From NCBI GenBank assembly GCA_046263155.1, contig JBHELF010000160.1, forward strand, positions 2,814 to 66,813: DNA of 64,000 nucleotides, given 5' to 3'. A program made the translations under genes and the position numbers. The DNA is from Actinomycetota bacterium. GTDB taxonomy: Bacteria; Actinomycetota; CADDZG01; WHSQ01. Each line of letters opens with the position of its first letter. Position 1 is the first letter of the stretch. The notes under the pieces were generated by a model that ran no database searches, was not told the origin of the DNA, and saw only the letters and a program-made list of their open reading frames with translations. This document shows, in pieces, positions 19,080 through 28,088 of this stretch.

Positions 19080-19165
19080 GTCACCAGGGGTGAGTAGCCC
19101 AAAAGTTGTCACACCCCTCTCGTACCTTAACCAGTAAGACGCGTCGGTTCTTCCGTTGGTGCCTG

Positions 19166-19921
19166 ATGACAAGACCAAGATCAGAGTTCGAGATTGTCAA
19201 AGCCCTCATCGCGGCGGGCTTGAATGACTGTCAAATCGCGCGTCTTAGCGGCGTGCCGCGGCGGACAGTGCTGGACTGGCGGTGGGGTAGAGGTCAGGCC
19301 ACGCCGCGCTATGAAAAGCGCCCAGGGTCGTACGAATGCACCCGTGAGCACGATTTTGCTGGCCTGTCTCCGGACGCCTACAGCTACCTGCTTGGTATGT
19401 ATCTGGGAGACGGGTGCCTCTCAGCCTTGCCGCGCGGAGTCTTCAAGCTACGGATTTTCTGCGACGCTCAATACTTGGGAATCATCGAGGAGTGTTCTCG
19501 CGCGATTGAAGCCGTCATGCCAGGACAACGGGCCTCTCGCCAAAAACGCAAGTCACGGTGCGTAGAGATATTGATGTATTCCAAGCACTGGCCTTGCTTG
19601 TTCCCTCAGCATGGTCCCGGAAGAAAACACGAGCGACCAATTCATCTGGAGCCGTGGCAGCTGGAAATCGTCAACCGATCGACGGAGATGTTCTTGCGTG
19701 GTCTCATTCACAGCGATGGCTGTCGCGTCGTTGCCAATGATCGGGGCGTCAGAAGTGTGCGCTATCACTTCTCTAACTTGTCAGAGGACATCAAGGCTTT
19801 GTTCTGTGCGGCCCTGGATCGCCTCGACATTCATTGGACCCGTAACAGCTCGCGCAGCGTTGCCATTTACCGCAAGGCTGACGTGGCCCGCCTCGATGAA
19901 TTCATCGGTCCAAAGTACTGA
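19166..19921 (+). CDS. HTH plus double-motif LAGLIDADG-like protein (homing-endonuclease fold)
   Basis: N-terminal GLNDCQIARLSGVPRRTVLDW (HTH). YLLGMYLGDGCL and FLRGLIHSDGCR are two LAGLIDADG-type motifs. GC looks lower than in the neighbouring genes. Confidence 0.7.
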   Translation: MTRPRSEFEIVKALIAAGLNDCQIARLSGVPRRTVLDWRWGRGQATPRYEKRPGSYECTREHDFAGLSPDAYSYLLGMYLGDGCLSALPRGVFKLRIFCDAQYLGIIEECSRAIEAVMPGQRASRQKRKSRCVEILMYSKHWPCLFPQHGPGRKHERPIHLEPWQLEIVNRSTEMFLRGLIHSDGCRVVANDRGVRSVRYHFSNLSEDIKALFCAALDRLDIHWTRNSSRSVAIYRKADVARLDEFIGPKY

Positions 19922-20028
19922 GCATCGGGCAGTTAGTGGAGTGGCCTAGTCCGATCGGGCCACTGTTTGATTGGCGACGTGTCGTAGCGTGTCGGGATTG
20001 CAATCGACAAATGAGAGGTGAGTCGTAT

Positions 20029-20778
20029 ATGGGTCTGACACCCTCGAAGACGAACCGTTCCTTTCGCTTGATCGCCACAATCGTGGGGCTGATTGCGATT
20101 CTGGTTGCCCTCCTCAACTTCGACGGGTTGGTCAGATACGGCCGGATCGCTTCCGCGCAGCAACAGTGTCCCTCGCCGAGCGGATCGCCCAGCGGATCGC
20201 CCAGCGGATCGCCCAGCCCGTCCCCGTCCAACTGTCCCAGCGGCAGCCCCTCACCGTCACAGTCCGGCACTTGCATCCTCGGCGTCTGCCTACCTGGTGG
20301 CGGGGGGTCAACACCGAGTCCCTCGGGCTCGCCATCGGGCTCACCGGCCGGATCGCCCACCGCCAGCGGATCGCCCACCGCGAGCAGATCCCCATCGCCT
20401 ACCTCAACGTCGACCGCAACTCAGACTCCGACCGCCTCGAGTTCGCCGACGCCGTCCCCGGTCTCACAAATTCAAGTTCCGTCGAGCATCACAATTCGCT
20501 ACACCGCCAGATCAAACGCGTTCATGGGAGCCGTGCGCTCCAGCGAGAACAGGTGCGAATCCAATCGGCAGGTCGTCCTGAAGAAGCGGCGTCCGGGAAA
20601 GGATCGCGTGGTGGGAACCGACGTCACGTCCGCCTCAGGTGACTGGAGGGTAGGTCGGCAACCCAATCCGCGCGGGACCTACTACGCGAAAGTCCGCAAG
20701 CGCGAAGTGCCCGCGAACACGCCGAATCAGGTCTTCGTTTGCGAGTCGGCACGGTCCCGAAATCTGCGCCTGCGCTAG
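20029..20778 (+). CDS. membrane-anchored protein with a Pro/Ser/Gly-rich linker and a small C-terminal domain
   Basis: ATG 20029 after GAGAGGTGAG. TM LIATIVGLIAILVALL, then SPSGSPSGSPSGSPSPSPS... Confidence 0.65.
   Translation: MGLTPSKTNRSFRLIATIVGLIAILVALLNFDGLVRYGRIASAQQQCPSPSGSPSGSPSGSPSPSPSNCPSGSPSPSQSGTCILGVCLPGGGGSTPSPSGSPSGSPAGSPTASGSPTASRSPSPTSTSTATQTPTASSSPTPSPVSQIQVPSSITIRYTARSNAFMGAVRSSENRCESNRQVVLKKRRPGKDRVVGTDVTSASGDWRVGRQPNPRGTYYAKVRKREVPANTPNQVFVCESARSRNLRLR
20179..20214 (+). repeat. 3 x 12-bp perfect tandem repeat AGCGGATCGCCC (coding, SGSP units)
   Basis: Units at 20179-20190, 20191-20202 and 20203-20214. Related degenerate units continue to about 20400. Confidence 0.9.
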
Positions 20779-20844
20779 AGCGGACTGTTTCCCACAACCC
20801 ACAGCCGGGTAACTAAGCCCCGCACTCTGAAAGGGGGCATTTGC

Positions 20845-21033
20845 ATGGATGGCATGGACAAGGCGAAGAACAAGGCCGAAGAGCTGCGCGGTGAAGTGAA
20901 GGAGAGAGCCGGCGACGCGCTCGACAACGAGCAGATGCAGGCTGAGGGAAAGATCGATCAGGTGAAGGGCAACGTGAAGCAGGCCGGCGAGAACGTTAAG
21001 GACGCAGTCAAGGACGCAACCGATCGCAGCTAA
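20845..21033 (+). CDS. CsbD-family stress response protein
   Basis: KAKNKAEELRGEVKERAGDALDNEQMQAEGKIDQVKGNVKQAGENVKDAVKD. Confidence 0.85.
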   Translation: MDGMDKAKNKAEELRGEVKERAGDALDNEQMQAEGKIDQVKGNVKQAGENVKDAVKDATDRS

Positions 21034-21081
21034 CGGTTCCTAGTCCCGGACGCGCCGAGGCGCGGGAGGGCAGAGGAGCCC

Positions 21082-21120
21082 GGAGCGGCCGCCGATGTGG
21101 GCGGCCGCTCCTATTTATTC
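21082..21120. terminator. 12-bp GC hairpin plus T-rich tail, shared by convergent genes
   Basis: GGAGCGGCCGCC (21082-21093), loop GATGTG, GGCGGCCGCTCC (21100-21111), then TATTTATT. Confidence 0.7.
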
Positions 21121-21339
21121 GGCGTCCTGTCGTTCGTCGATCACTTCTCCGGAAGGGTCCGCGATACGAGCCTTGGCATCCGCTTTCTCGTTCGCGTCTC
21201 CGTTGCCGGCAGGCCGAGCTGGGTCGTCCGAAGCGTTCTGCCCCCCGGCCTCGGGAGCACGCTGAGGGTCGTCTTGACTGCTCTCCCCATGAGCCGACGT
21301 GGGCATCGCGTTGCTGCGGCTGCCGTCCGACTTCTCCAC
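21115..21339 (-). CDS. small acidic, low-complexity (disordered) protein
   Basis: GTG start with GGAGGAG 4 nt upstream. The stop abuts the hairpin at 21082-21111. No homology recognised. Confidence 0.45.
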   Translation of the reverse strand: MEKSDGSRSNAMPTSAHGESSQDDPQRAPEAGGQNASDDPARPAGNGDANEKADAKARIADPSGEVIDERQDAE

Positions 21340-21416
21340 AAGTCTCCTCCTTCGGTCGAGATCGCAACAGATACGCTTCCCGCATCATGGTGATTGCAAG
21401 CCTGCCTGTTTGATAC

Positions 21417-22250
21417 ATGGGCAATCTCGCTCTCGACACGCAGATCACCGGGGCCAACGGCGCCTACCGAGCGCAGCTGTCTCCCGAGTGGTCGTTTTGG
21501 GAATTGAACGGGGGCTACGTATCTTTGGTCGCGCTGCGGGCAGCAGGCGCCGAGAGTCCCTTACCGCGTCCCGCGGCGTTCTACTGCCACTACTTGAAGG
21601 CCGCCAAGCCCGGCGAAGTCGAGATAGCCGTGCAGACGTTACGCGTGAGCAAGCGAACACACTCTCTTCGGGTGTCGCTTACTCAAAGCGATCAGCTCGT
21701 GATGGAGGCACTCGTTTGGGTAGTGGATGACGAGCTGCCCGGTGTGTCACACGATCTCGCCATCATGCCTGAAGTTCCGGGACCCGACGGGCTCCGCTCC
21801 CAAGAAGAGATCCACGCCGGCGAACAAGCGCCATTTCCGTTTTGGAACAATATCGAGCAGCGTCCCGTAACTTGGCAGGGCCGCTGGGACGAGCGGCCCA
21901 AGCAGCATCCCCTATGGCGTTCGTGGCAACGATTCCGACCCCAGGCCACCTTCGACGATCCGTATGTCGAAGCCGGGCGGGCCATGATCCTCATCGACAC
22001 GATGCTTTATCCCGCGGCTGCTCTGGCGCACAGCGGCGTCATGCCCTTCGTGGCCCCCAGCATGGATCTCGCCGTTCGCTTCCACCAGTTCTCACCCCGG
22101 TCGGAATGGCTCCTGTCCTCGACGGAATCGCCGATAGCCGCCGAGGGCCTGATCGGTGGCTACGCCGCAGTCTGGTCGCCCGACGGGCGTCTGCTTGCCA
22201 CGGGTGGGCAGCAGATGATCGTCCAGATGGTGAGCGAACAACCCACCTAG
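21417..22250 (+). CDS. acyl-CoA thioesterase (TesB-like double hot-dog) family protein
   Basis: Size and pattern (NGGYV..., two half-domains) are typical of thioesterase-II-like proteins. Call is from memory. Confidence 0.6.
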   Translation: MGNLALDTQITGANGAYRAQLSPEWSFWELNGGYVSLVALRAAGAESPLPRPAAFYCHYLKAAKPGEVEIAVQTLRVSKRTHSLRVSLTQSDQLVMEALVWVVDDELPGVSHDLAIMPEVPGPDGLRSQEEIHAGEQAPFPFWNNIEQRPVTWQGRWDERPKQHPLWRSWQRFRPQATFDDPYVEAGRAMILIDTMLYPAAALAHSGVMPFVAPSMDLAVRFHQFSPRSEWLLSSTESPIAAEGLIGGYAAVWSPDGRLLATGGQQMIVQMVSEQPT

Positions 22251-22312
22251 CCATCCCAGGACAGTCCCTCTATCCTGTAACGATCATCCGATCTCCATCT
22301 GGGGAGGAAGCG

Positions 22313-22576
22313 GTGGCATCACGAGGATTCAATGCATTCACCGTTATCGCAGGCGCGGTGCTGGTCGGTTTGGGCATCGTCTTTTTCTTGGCCGAAGCCG
22401 ACGTCATCGAGATCAAGTTCCAGTATGTCGCTCCAGTCGTGCTTATCTTGATAGGCCTCCTCGTACTTTTTCGTGGGTTCCAGTCCGGAGCAACGTGGCG
22501 CAAGGAGGAGGCCGATGATGACGGCACCTTCGCCAGTATGCGACCGCGCAGGCCGACACGCTCCGACGCTCCGTAA
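22313..22576 (+). CDS. small two-TM membrane protein
   Basis: GTG 22313 after GGGGAGGAAG. FTVIAGAVLVGLGIVFFLAE and VAPVVLILIGLLVLF. It is the 3' part of tracked ORF 21842-22576, whose 5' part overlaps the thioesterase gene. Confidence 0.5.
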   Translation: MASRGFNAFTVIAGAVLVGLGIVFFLAEADVIEIKFQYVAPVVLILIGLLVLFRGFQSGATWRKEEADDDGTFASMRPRRPTRSDAP

Positions 22577-22630
22577 GCAAAAGCGACTGCCACGAAGCCG
22601 ACCGCGGTACCCAGTCAGTCCGACACAGCT

Positions 22631-23020
22631 TTGGGCTCGAGCCCCACTCCCGTTCAGGGAGACGAGGGTTCCTCCGCTGCGCCCACCCGCGAGGAGATAC
22701 CCAACAAGCTTTGCCCTGAGTGCGGCCGCGGGATGTGGGCCGCGCGCCTGCCGCAAGTGGGCGCCTTATGGAGTTGCCCCGCCTGCTGCCTGAGCATTGA
22801 CGACCGAGGCGCGCGCTATGAATGGCGCGAACCGCCTCGGCCCCAGCGCGTGGGAGCCGTGACTAAGGAAAAGAAGTACCGCAGCAACGAGCCCTGCCCC
22901 CGCTGCCGTCAGGGGCTGTGGATCGTGGAAGTGCCCGACTACGGATCGCGTAAGCAGTGCGAGGACTGCAGGATCACGATCATGTTCGGAAACGCAATTC
23001 TGGAGTGGAGCAACCGCTAA
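22631..23020 (+). CDS. tandem zinc-ribbon protein
   Basis: Two CPxC...(16-18 aa)...CxxC modules: CPECGRGMW...CPACC and CPRCRQGLW...CEDC, each ending in ..EW. The start codon is uncertain. Confidence 0.55.
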   Translation: MGSSPTPVQGDEGSSAAPTREEIPNKLCPECGRGMWAARLPQVGALWSCPACCLSIDDRGARYEWREPPRPQRVGAVTKEKKYRSNEPCPRCRQGLWIVEVPDYGSRKQCEDCRITIMFGNAILEWSNR

Positions 23021-23527
23021 CTACTCGACGGTGAATTCACCGAGCATTCCGAGAAGGGCATGCGGCGCCTTCTCCTTCTTGGAGAAGACGAAGCACACGT
23101 AGCCGTAGCGACCAGGGGTGAGATTCGCGCTGGCCGTCTTCTCCGAGGTCTCTCCTGCCTTGATCGGCGGGATCTCCGGGAGCTCCTTCTCGAGGAACTT
23201 TTCGACCTTCCTTTCGGGCAACTCAACGAGCTCGGCTATGGGAGGCGCGTCGTCAGTCAGCTTCGCCCAGATGAACATGTGCCTTTCCTTGCCTTCGTTA
23301 ACCATTCGGAACGTGACCTCGCCGGCAGGCAGAGTCGTTGGGATGTCCAGGAACGAGAAATCGACTGCGCGAATGAGAATCTCCCCGCCTGGTTCGAGAG
23401 CGGGGCTCGTCTCCGGCTGTTGCGCCGGTTCGGCTGTGTCATCGTCTCCGCCCCCACACGCGACGCCCAGGCTCAGCAAGGCAACGGCGGCAAGCGCCAA
23501 TGAGATGGACCGTGTGCGAAGCAACAT
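23021..23527 (-). CDS. lipoprotein, possibly cupredoxin-like
   Basis: ATG 23527 after GGAGGGA. MLLRTRSISLALAAVALLSLGVACGG lipobox. The longer tracked start (23752) would overlap the upstream GGDEF-EAL gene. Confidence 0.7.
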   Translation of the reverse strand: MLLRTRSISLALAAVALLSLGVACGGGDDDTAEPAQQPETSPALEPGGEILIRAVDFSFLDIPTTLPAGEVTFRMVNEGKERHMFIWAKLTDDAPPIAELVELPERKVEKFLEKELPEIPPIKAGETSEKTASANLTPGRYGYVCFVFSKKEKAPHALLGMLGEFTVE

Positions 23528-23613
23528 GATTGAACTCCCTCCGGTTGAGAACAAGCCGGCACTGTATCCGGCCCTGAGAGATCCTCTCGCGAGGTTCCCT
23601 GCCTGCGGAGGGG

Positions 23614-25260
23614 TCAAACCGCGATCGCTAGATCTCGTGCTCCGTGAATTTCCGCCTCTCGGGGGCTGTCGGTCTGCCAGGGCTCGAACAGGTTCTGGAT
23701 TTCGCGAGCCGGCAGCGGGGGAGAGAAGAGGAAGCCCTGCGCCAGGAAGCATCCCATCTCGCGTAGCTTGCTGAGTTGCACATGCGTCTCGACGCCCTCC
23801 GCAACCACTTGAAGGTTCAAGCTGTCCCCGATTTGCACCATTGCATGTGTCAGGGCGCCGTCCTGTAGAGGATCCCTCAGAGGTGACACGAAGGCCCGGT
23901 CGATCTTGAGGATGTCGACGGGAAAGCGGCGTAGATAGCTGAGCGACGAATAGCCGGTTCCGAAATCGTCGACCGCAAGCCGAACTCCGAGATTCTTCAG
24001 CTCCAGGAGACTGTGTGTCTCCGAACCATCGACCAGAACGCTTTCAGTGATCTCAATGACGAGGGCCTGTGGCGGAAGACCCTCGCGCCGAAGGATGGCC
24101 TCCACCTCGTTCACGATCGCCGTGTCTCGGAGGCTGCGGCCTGAGAGGTTGACGTTCACGGTTCTGGGAGCGCGCTCGCCGTAACGCGTCTGCCACTCAC
24201 GCAACGTGCAGCAGGCCTGCTCCATCACAAGGCGATCGATCTGTCGGATGAGACCGGTCTCCTCGGCAATGGGCACGAACTCAGCGGGCGAGACGACGCC
24301 GCGCGCGGGATTAGTCCAGCGCGCCAGCGCCTCAACAGATGACATGCGGCCGTTTCGAAGGTCAATGACCGGTTGATAGTGCACGTTGAGTTCGCGCCGC
24401 TCGACGGCATGTGTCAGCGCCGAGGTGAGATCGAGTCGGCCGACCATGGCGTTCTGCATCTCCGGCTCGTAGAGGTCGAAGCGGCCCTTCCCACGTCCTT
24501 TGGCGCCATACATTGCAAGATCAGCGCGCCGGGACAGGGCGTCCGCAGAATCGATGCCCGCTTGGCCGATGGCTATGCCGACACTCGCGTGGATGAAGAC
24601 TTCCCGTTCCTGCACATCGATCGGGAGCTCCATCGCCGCCACGATTCGCTCCGCTACCTGTGTCGCATCCTCATCGGTCGCGATGTCTTCGAGAAGAATC
24701 CCAAACTCATCGCCTCCAAGGCGGGCGATGGTGTCGGCTGGCCGCAGCGAATCACTCAGACGTCGAGCTGCCACTATCAAGACCGCATCGCCGGCGGCAT
24801 GACCGAGCGTGTCGTTGACGAGTTTGAAGTCATCGAGATCGACAAAGAGAACCGCCACCTTCACGCCGTTGCGCGCCCCGCGGTCTACTGCGTGCTCTAT
24901 GCGATCCGCAAAAAGAGCTCGGTTGGCTAGACCCGTCAAAGAGTCGTGAAACGCCTCGTGCTCGAGTCTGGAAGCAGTTTCCGCCAACTGCGCAGAGATT
25001 CGGACAAGCTGTTCCTGCGCTAGTTCGTTAAATCGCCACGCCGCGATTGACACGGCGCACGAGCCGAGGATGAATGCACCGTGGATCGATGCCCCAAAAG
25101 CGATCACCAGAGGGACATGGACTAAGACAAGGCCTACGAGCACCCGGTGACGCGCTTCCCACGCCGCGCTCTCAACCGAGTTGCCTCGGGGCAGCAGGCC
25201 CTTGAACCGGCGGAGGGATCGGCTGACTCTCATCTTGCTGGTATATGGCGGAGGAGGCAT
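23614..25260 (-). CDS. membrane-anchored GGDEF-EAL (diguanylate cyclase/phosphodiesterase) protein
   Basis: TM helices at the N-terminus, RLGGDEFGILL (GGDEF), and VEALARW...EITE...DDFGTGYSSL...KIDR (EAL). Confidence 0.9.
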   Translation of the reverse strand: MPPPPYTSKMRVSRSLRRFKGLLPRGNSVESAAWEARHRVLVGLVLVHVPLVIAFGASIHGAFILGSCAVSIAAWRFNELAQEQLVRISAQLAETASRLEHEAFHDSLTGLANRALFADRIEHAVDRGARNGVKVAVLFVDLDDFKLVNDTLGHAAGDAVLIVAARRLSDSLRPADTIARLGGDEFGILLEDIATDEDATQVAERIVAAMELPIDVQEREVFIHASVGIAIGQAGIDSADALSRRADLAMYGAKGRGKGRFDLYEPEMQNAMVGRLDLTSALTHAVERRELNVHYQPVIDLRNGRMSSVEALARWTNPARGVVSPAEFVPIAEETGLIRQIDRLVMEQACCTLREWQTRYGERAPRTVNVNLSGRSLRDTAIVNEVEAILRREGLPPQALVIEITESVLVDGSETHSLLELKNLGVRLAVDDFGTGYSSLSYLRRFPVDILKIDRAFVSPLRDPLQDGALTHAMVQIGDSLNLQVVAEGVETHVQLSKLREMGCFLAQGFLFSPPLPAREIQNLFEPWQTDSPREAEIHGARDLAIAV

Positions 25261-25384
25261 GCCGCGGAATGGCCCGTGGTGAGGGTCTTATCTAGTCCCT
25301 CCGGACCGGGCCGGAAGGGGAACAAGCAAGCTCCGGCGAATCCCAGCCAGGTACTCGAGTTCCGATAACAACTTCCTCTCGGAG

Positions 25385-25792
25385 ATGAACGTCGTGACGT
25401 GGACACAGCCGGCGAACTCCGCGGAGGAGCCGCCCCGACATCAACTCTCGCGTCTAGCTCGGTTTCTCGGTTGGACCGGCGTCATCGTCGGCGCGGCCAT
25501 CGCCTCCGCGCTGACCGCGATCTGCACTTTCAACGGCGGCGCGCTGGATCCTGAGTGGGCGGAATGTCTGTTTCCCATCACCCTGGCGGTGATCCCTCAT
25601 GCGACCGCTCTGCTGGGCCTGCTGCGACAGGAGTGGGGGTTGTTTCTCCTTACCTTGGCGGGTGTGATCACCATAGCCTTTGGCTTCTTTGCCTTTCTTA
25701 TCGTGGCCATGCTGCCTGCCCTCTTTTACCTTGGCGCAGCGGTCGCGGGGCAACGATCTGGCAGGAGCGCCGCAAGAAGAGCGGAACCTTAA
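25385..25792 (+). CDS. membrane protein, unknown function
   Basis: Four hydrophobic helices. No motif recognised. Confidence 0.5.
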   Translation: MNVVTWTQPANSAEEPPRHQLSRLARFLGWTGVIVGAAIASALTAICTFNGGALDPEWAECLFPITLAVIPHATALLGLLRQEWGLFLLTLAGVITIAFGFFAFLIVAMLPALFYLGAAVAGQRSGRSAARRAEP

Positions 25793-25825
25793 GTAGCTAA
25801 GCGCATTCAAGTTTGTCTGGGAGGA

Positions 25826-27445
25826 TTGGTGCGGACGCGAGCTCTATTGGGATTGATCGCCCTTGTCGGGGCGAGCTCTGTTTACCCCTCGCAGTCAATG
25901 GCGCGCGAGCAAGGTCCTTCGCCCAGCGTCGTCGAGGAGTATCGCGTTCCGACAGAGTGGGGAACGATCTACGGATGGGTGGAACGGCCGTCCGGGCCGA
26001 AGAAGGTGCCGGTCATCCTCACCTACTCGCCGTATGCCGCGATCAGCAGTCCCGCTCCGGGCGAGGAGGCGGGCAACGCTTCGCCCACCGATATCTACGT
26101 GCCTGAAGGGTATGCGAGGGCCTTCTTCCACCTTGTCGGCACGGGAAACTCAGCGGGCTGCTACGACTACGGCGGATTTCGTGAACGGAAGACGGCCTTC
26201 GACGTGGTCGAGTTCCTCGGCGAGCAATCTTGGTCCAACGGGCGCGTGGGAATGATCGGGACTTCGTACGACGGGACGACGCAATGGGCCGCCGCCGTGG
26301 AAACCCCTCCGCACCTCGTGACGATCATTCCTCAGGTCGCCATCTCGCGCTGGTATGACTACACCTACGGGCAGGGGGTCCGTTTCTTTTCGGGCTTCGG
26401 AACCCCGCTGTTGTTCGACATTGGCTTCAACCAGATTCCGATTCCGACCTTCACTCCGACTGATCCTTCAATGGCAGAGGCCCTGGTTGACAGCATCCGA
26501 CCGTGCGAGACCTTGTATCACCAACAGCGCGGCTTTCTTCCAGATCCCGTTTACGACGGTTTCTGGGCGGAGCGCGACTACCGCGTCCGCGCGGCCAACA
26601 TTCGGGTGAGCGTTCTGTTGGAGGGAAGTTGGGCCGATACGAACGTCCATCCCATCAACAGCATTGAGATGTGGAAATTGCTCCCGAAGAAGGTGGAGGC
26701 CCGCCTGGTGATGTCACAACAGGGTCACAACCGCGCGGACCTTCCCGATTCGCCGGAGGTTCGGCTGGCCTGGTTCGATTACTGGCTGAAGGGCGAGAAA
26801 AACGACATTCTCAAGAGACTGCCGACGGTGACGAGCCGACTCAACAATCTACAGACGGTCAACTACGACAAATGGCCGCCGCGCGGGACACGCAAAGTCA
26901 GGCTGCCGCTTCTCGATGACACGGTCCCCAATACTCTCGAGCTAGGTAATGGCGACAGCCAGGAGTGGAACGACTTCGACCCCCTGTTGACCGAGGAGGA
27001 TGTGCTTGCGAATCGAGCCCCCAGCACCTCGGTCCTCTTCTTCGGGCGACCTCTCGAGGAACCCCTCCATATAGCCGGCTCCACGCGGTTGAAGGCCTGG
27101 CTGACGACGAATATGGAGTCCACACATCTAACGCCTGTTCTCTTCGATGAGGACCCCAATGGAGACCGCACCGTGATTACTCGCGGTCTACTCAACTCGC
27201 GGAATCGGGAGTCGATCGGTGACTCGTTACCGCTTCCATTGGGCGTCCCGTGGGGCGGAGTCGTGCGCTTCCAGCCGACCGACTACGTGTTACCCGTCGG
27301 CCATCGGCTCGGCCTGGCGATCATGTCGATGAATCGGGCGGAAGCGCTATACCCGGATGAGACGAGGGCTACAAACGAGATAGAGCTCAAGGGACGCTCG
27401 GCGCTGATACTCACCGTCATCGGGGCCGACTCGAAGCTCTGGTGA
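25826..27445 (+). CDS. CocE/NonD (S15, X-Pro dipeptidyl-peptidase-like) family hydrolase
   Basis: Signal peptide, then YSPY..., GTGNSAGC, NGRVGMIGTSYDGTTQW (GxSYxG). Confidence 0.8.
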   Translation: MVRTRALLGLIALVGASSVYPSQSMAREQGPSPSVVEEYRVPTEWGTIYGWVERPSGPKKVPVILTYSPYAAISSPAPGEEAGNASPTDIYVPEGYARAFFHLVGTGNSAGCYDYGGFRERKTAFDVVEFLGEQSWSNGRVGMIGTSYDGTTQWAAAVETPPHLVTIIPQVAISRWYDYTYGQGVRFFSGFGTPLLFDIGFNQIPIPTFTPTDPSMAEALVDSIRPCETLYHQQRGFLPDPVYDGFWAERDYRVRAANIRVSVLLEGSWADTNVHPINSIEMWKLLPKKVEARLVMSQQGHNRADLPDSPEVRLAWFDYWLKGEKNDILKRLPTVTSRLNNLQTVNYDKWPPRGTRKVRLPLLDDTVPNTLELGNGDSQEWNDFDPLLTEEDVLANRAPSTSVLFFGRPLEEPLHIAGSTRLKAWLTTNMESTHLTPVLFDEDPNGDRTVITRGLLNSRNRESIGDSLPLPLGVPWGGVVRFQPTDYVLPVGHRLGLAIMSMNRAEALYPDETRATNEIELKGRSALILTVIGADSKLW

Positions 27446-27515
27446 CCACCCGCTTCCGGCAGGAAAGCTCGGGGACGCGGCAAATTCAGGCCCAGAGACT
27501 CCCACTAGGAAAGGT

Positions 27516-27953
27516 TTGATCATGCGACGACTGCTGCTTTGTGCATCGGCAGTGGCTATTGCTCTTATCGCGGTTCCACAGCTTGCCGCCGCGCGTTCCG
27601 CAATGCAAAGCGGTACGTGGACCTATATGGACATCACTCCCGATCCGACGACGCTCCCGAATCCCGCAACGGAGCATTGCCACGGGAATCTCCCGAGCGC
27701 CCCGATCGACGTGAACACCCAGCCGATCGAAGTGAAGAAGAAGCGGGCCACGCTCAGCCTGATCAGCCACAACATGCTGGACTGGGCGATGGAGATTCGT
27801 GACGCTAACGGCGACACCGTGACGGGGACCGATTCAGCGGACGCTCAGGCACCGGAGAACATGACGATTTCCTTGAAGAAGGGCAGCTACGAGGTCATTT
27901 ACTGCAGCTTCGCCGGCGAGCCTCAGATTACGGTCGACTACACGCTGAAATAG
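27516..27953 (+). CDS. secreted small beta-sandwich-like protein
   Basis: Signal peptide MRRLLLCASAVAIALIAVPQLAAA. Function unknown. Confidence 0.55.
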   Translation: MIMRRLLLCASAVAIALIAVPQLAAARSAMQSGTWTYMDITPDPTTLPNPATEHCHGNLPSAPIDVNTQPIEVKKKRATLSLISHNMLDWAMEIRDANGDTVTGTDSADAQAPENMTISLKKGSYEVIYCSFAGEPQITVDYTLK

Positions 27954-28088
27954 CGTCCGCCCGGCCGGATCGCCGGACGTGAAGGCTCTCTAATCCTGGC
28001 TTAATCGCGCCTTCATCTCTCAGCCTCATGAAGAGATACAGCCGGAGCCGAGCGCCCCTTTTCCTAGAGTCCGGGGCAAACTACGACA

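Noticed and set aside
19106-19165. The longer tracked start (19106) for the LAGLIDADG-like gene.
   Set aside because: The extra 20 codons (MSHPSRTLTSKTRRFFRWCL) lie just upstream of the 5' end of tRNA-Leu (its likely promoter region) and look non-protein-like. ATG 19166 gives an N-terminus that begins with the HTH domain.
20160-20420. Short direct repeats that could be mistaken for a CRISPR-like array.
   Set aside because: The units are 12 bp, contiguous with no spacers, in frame, and encode a Ser/Gly/Pro linker.
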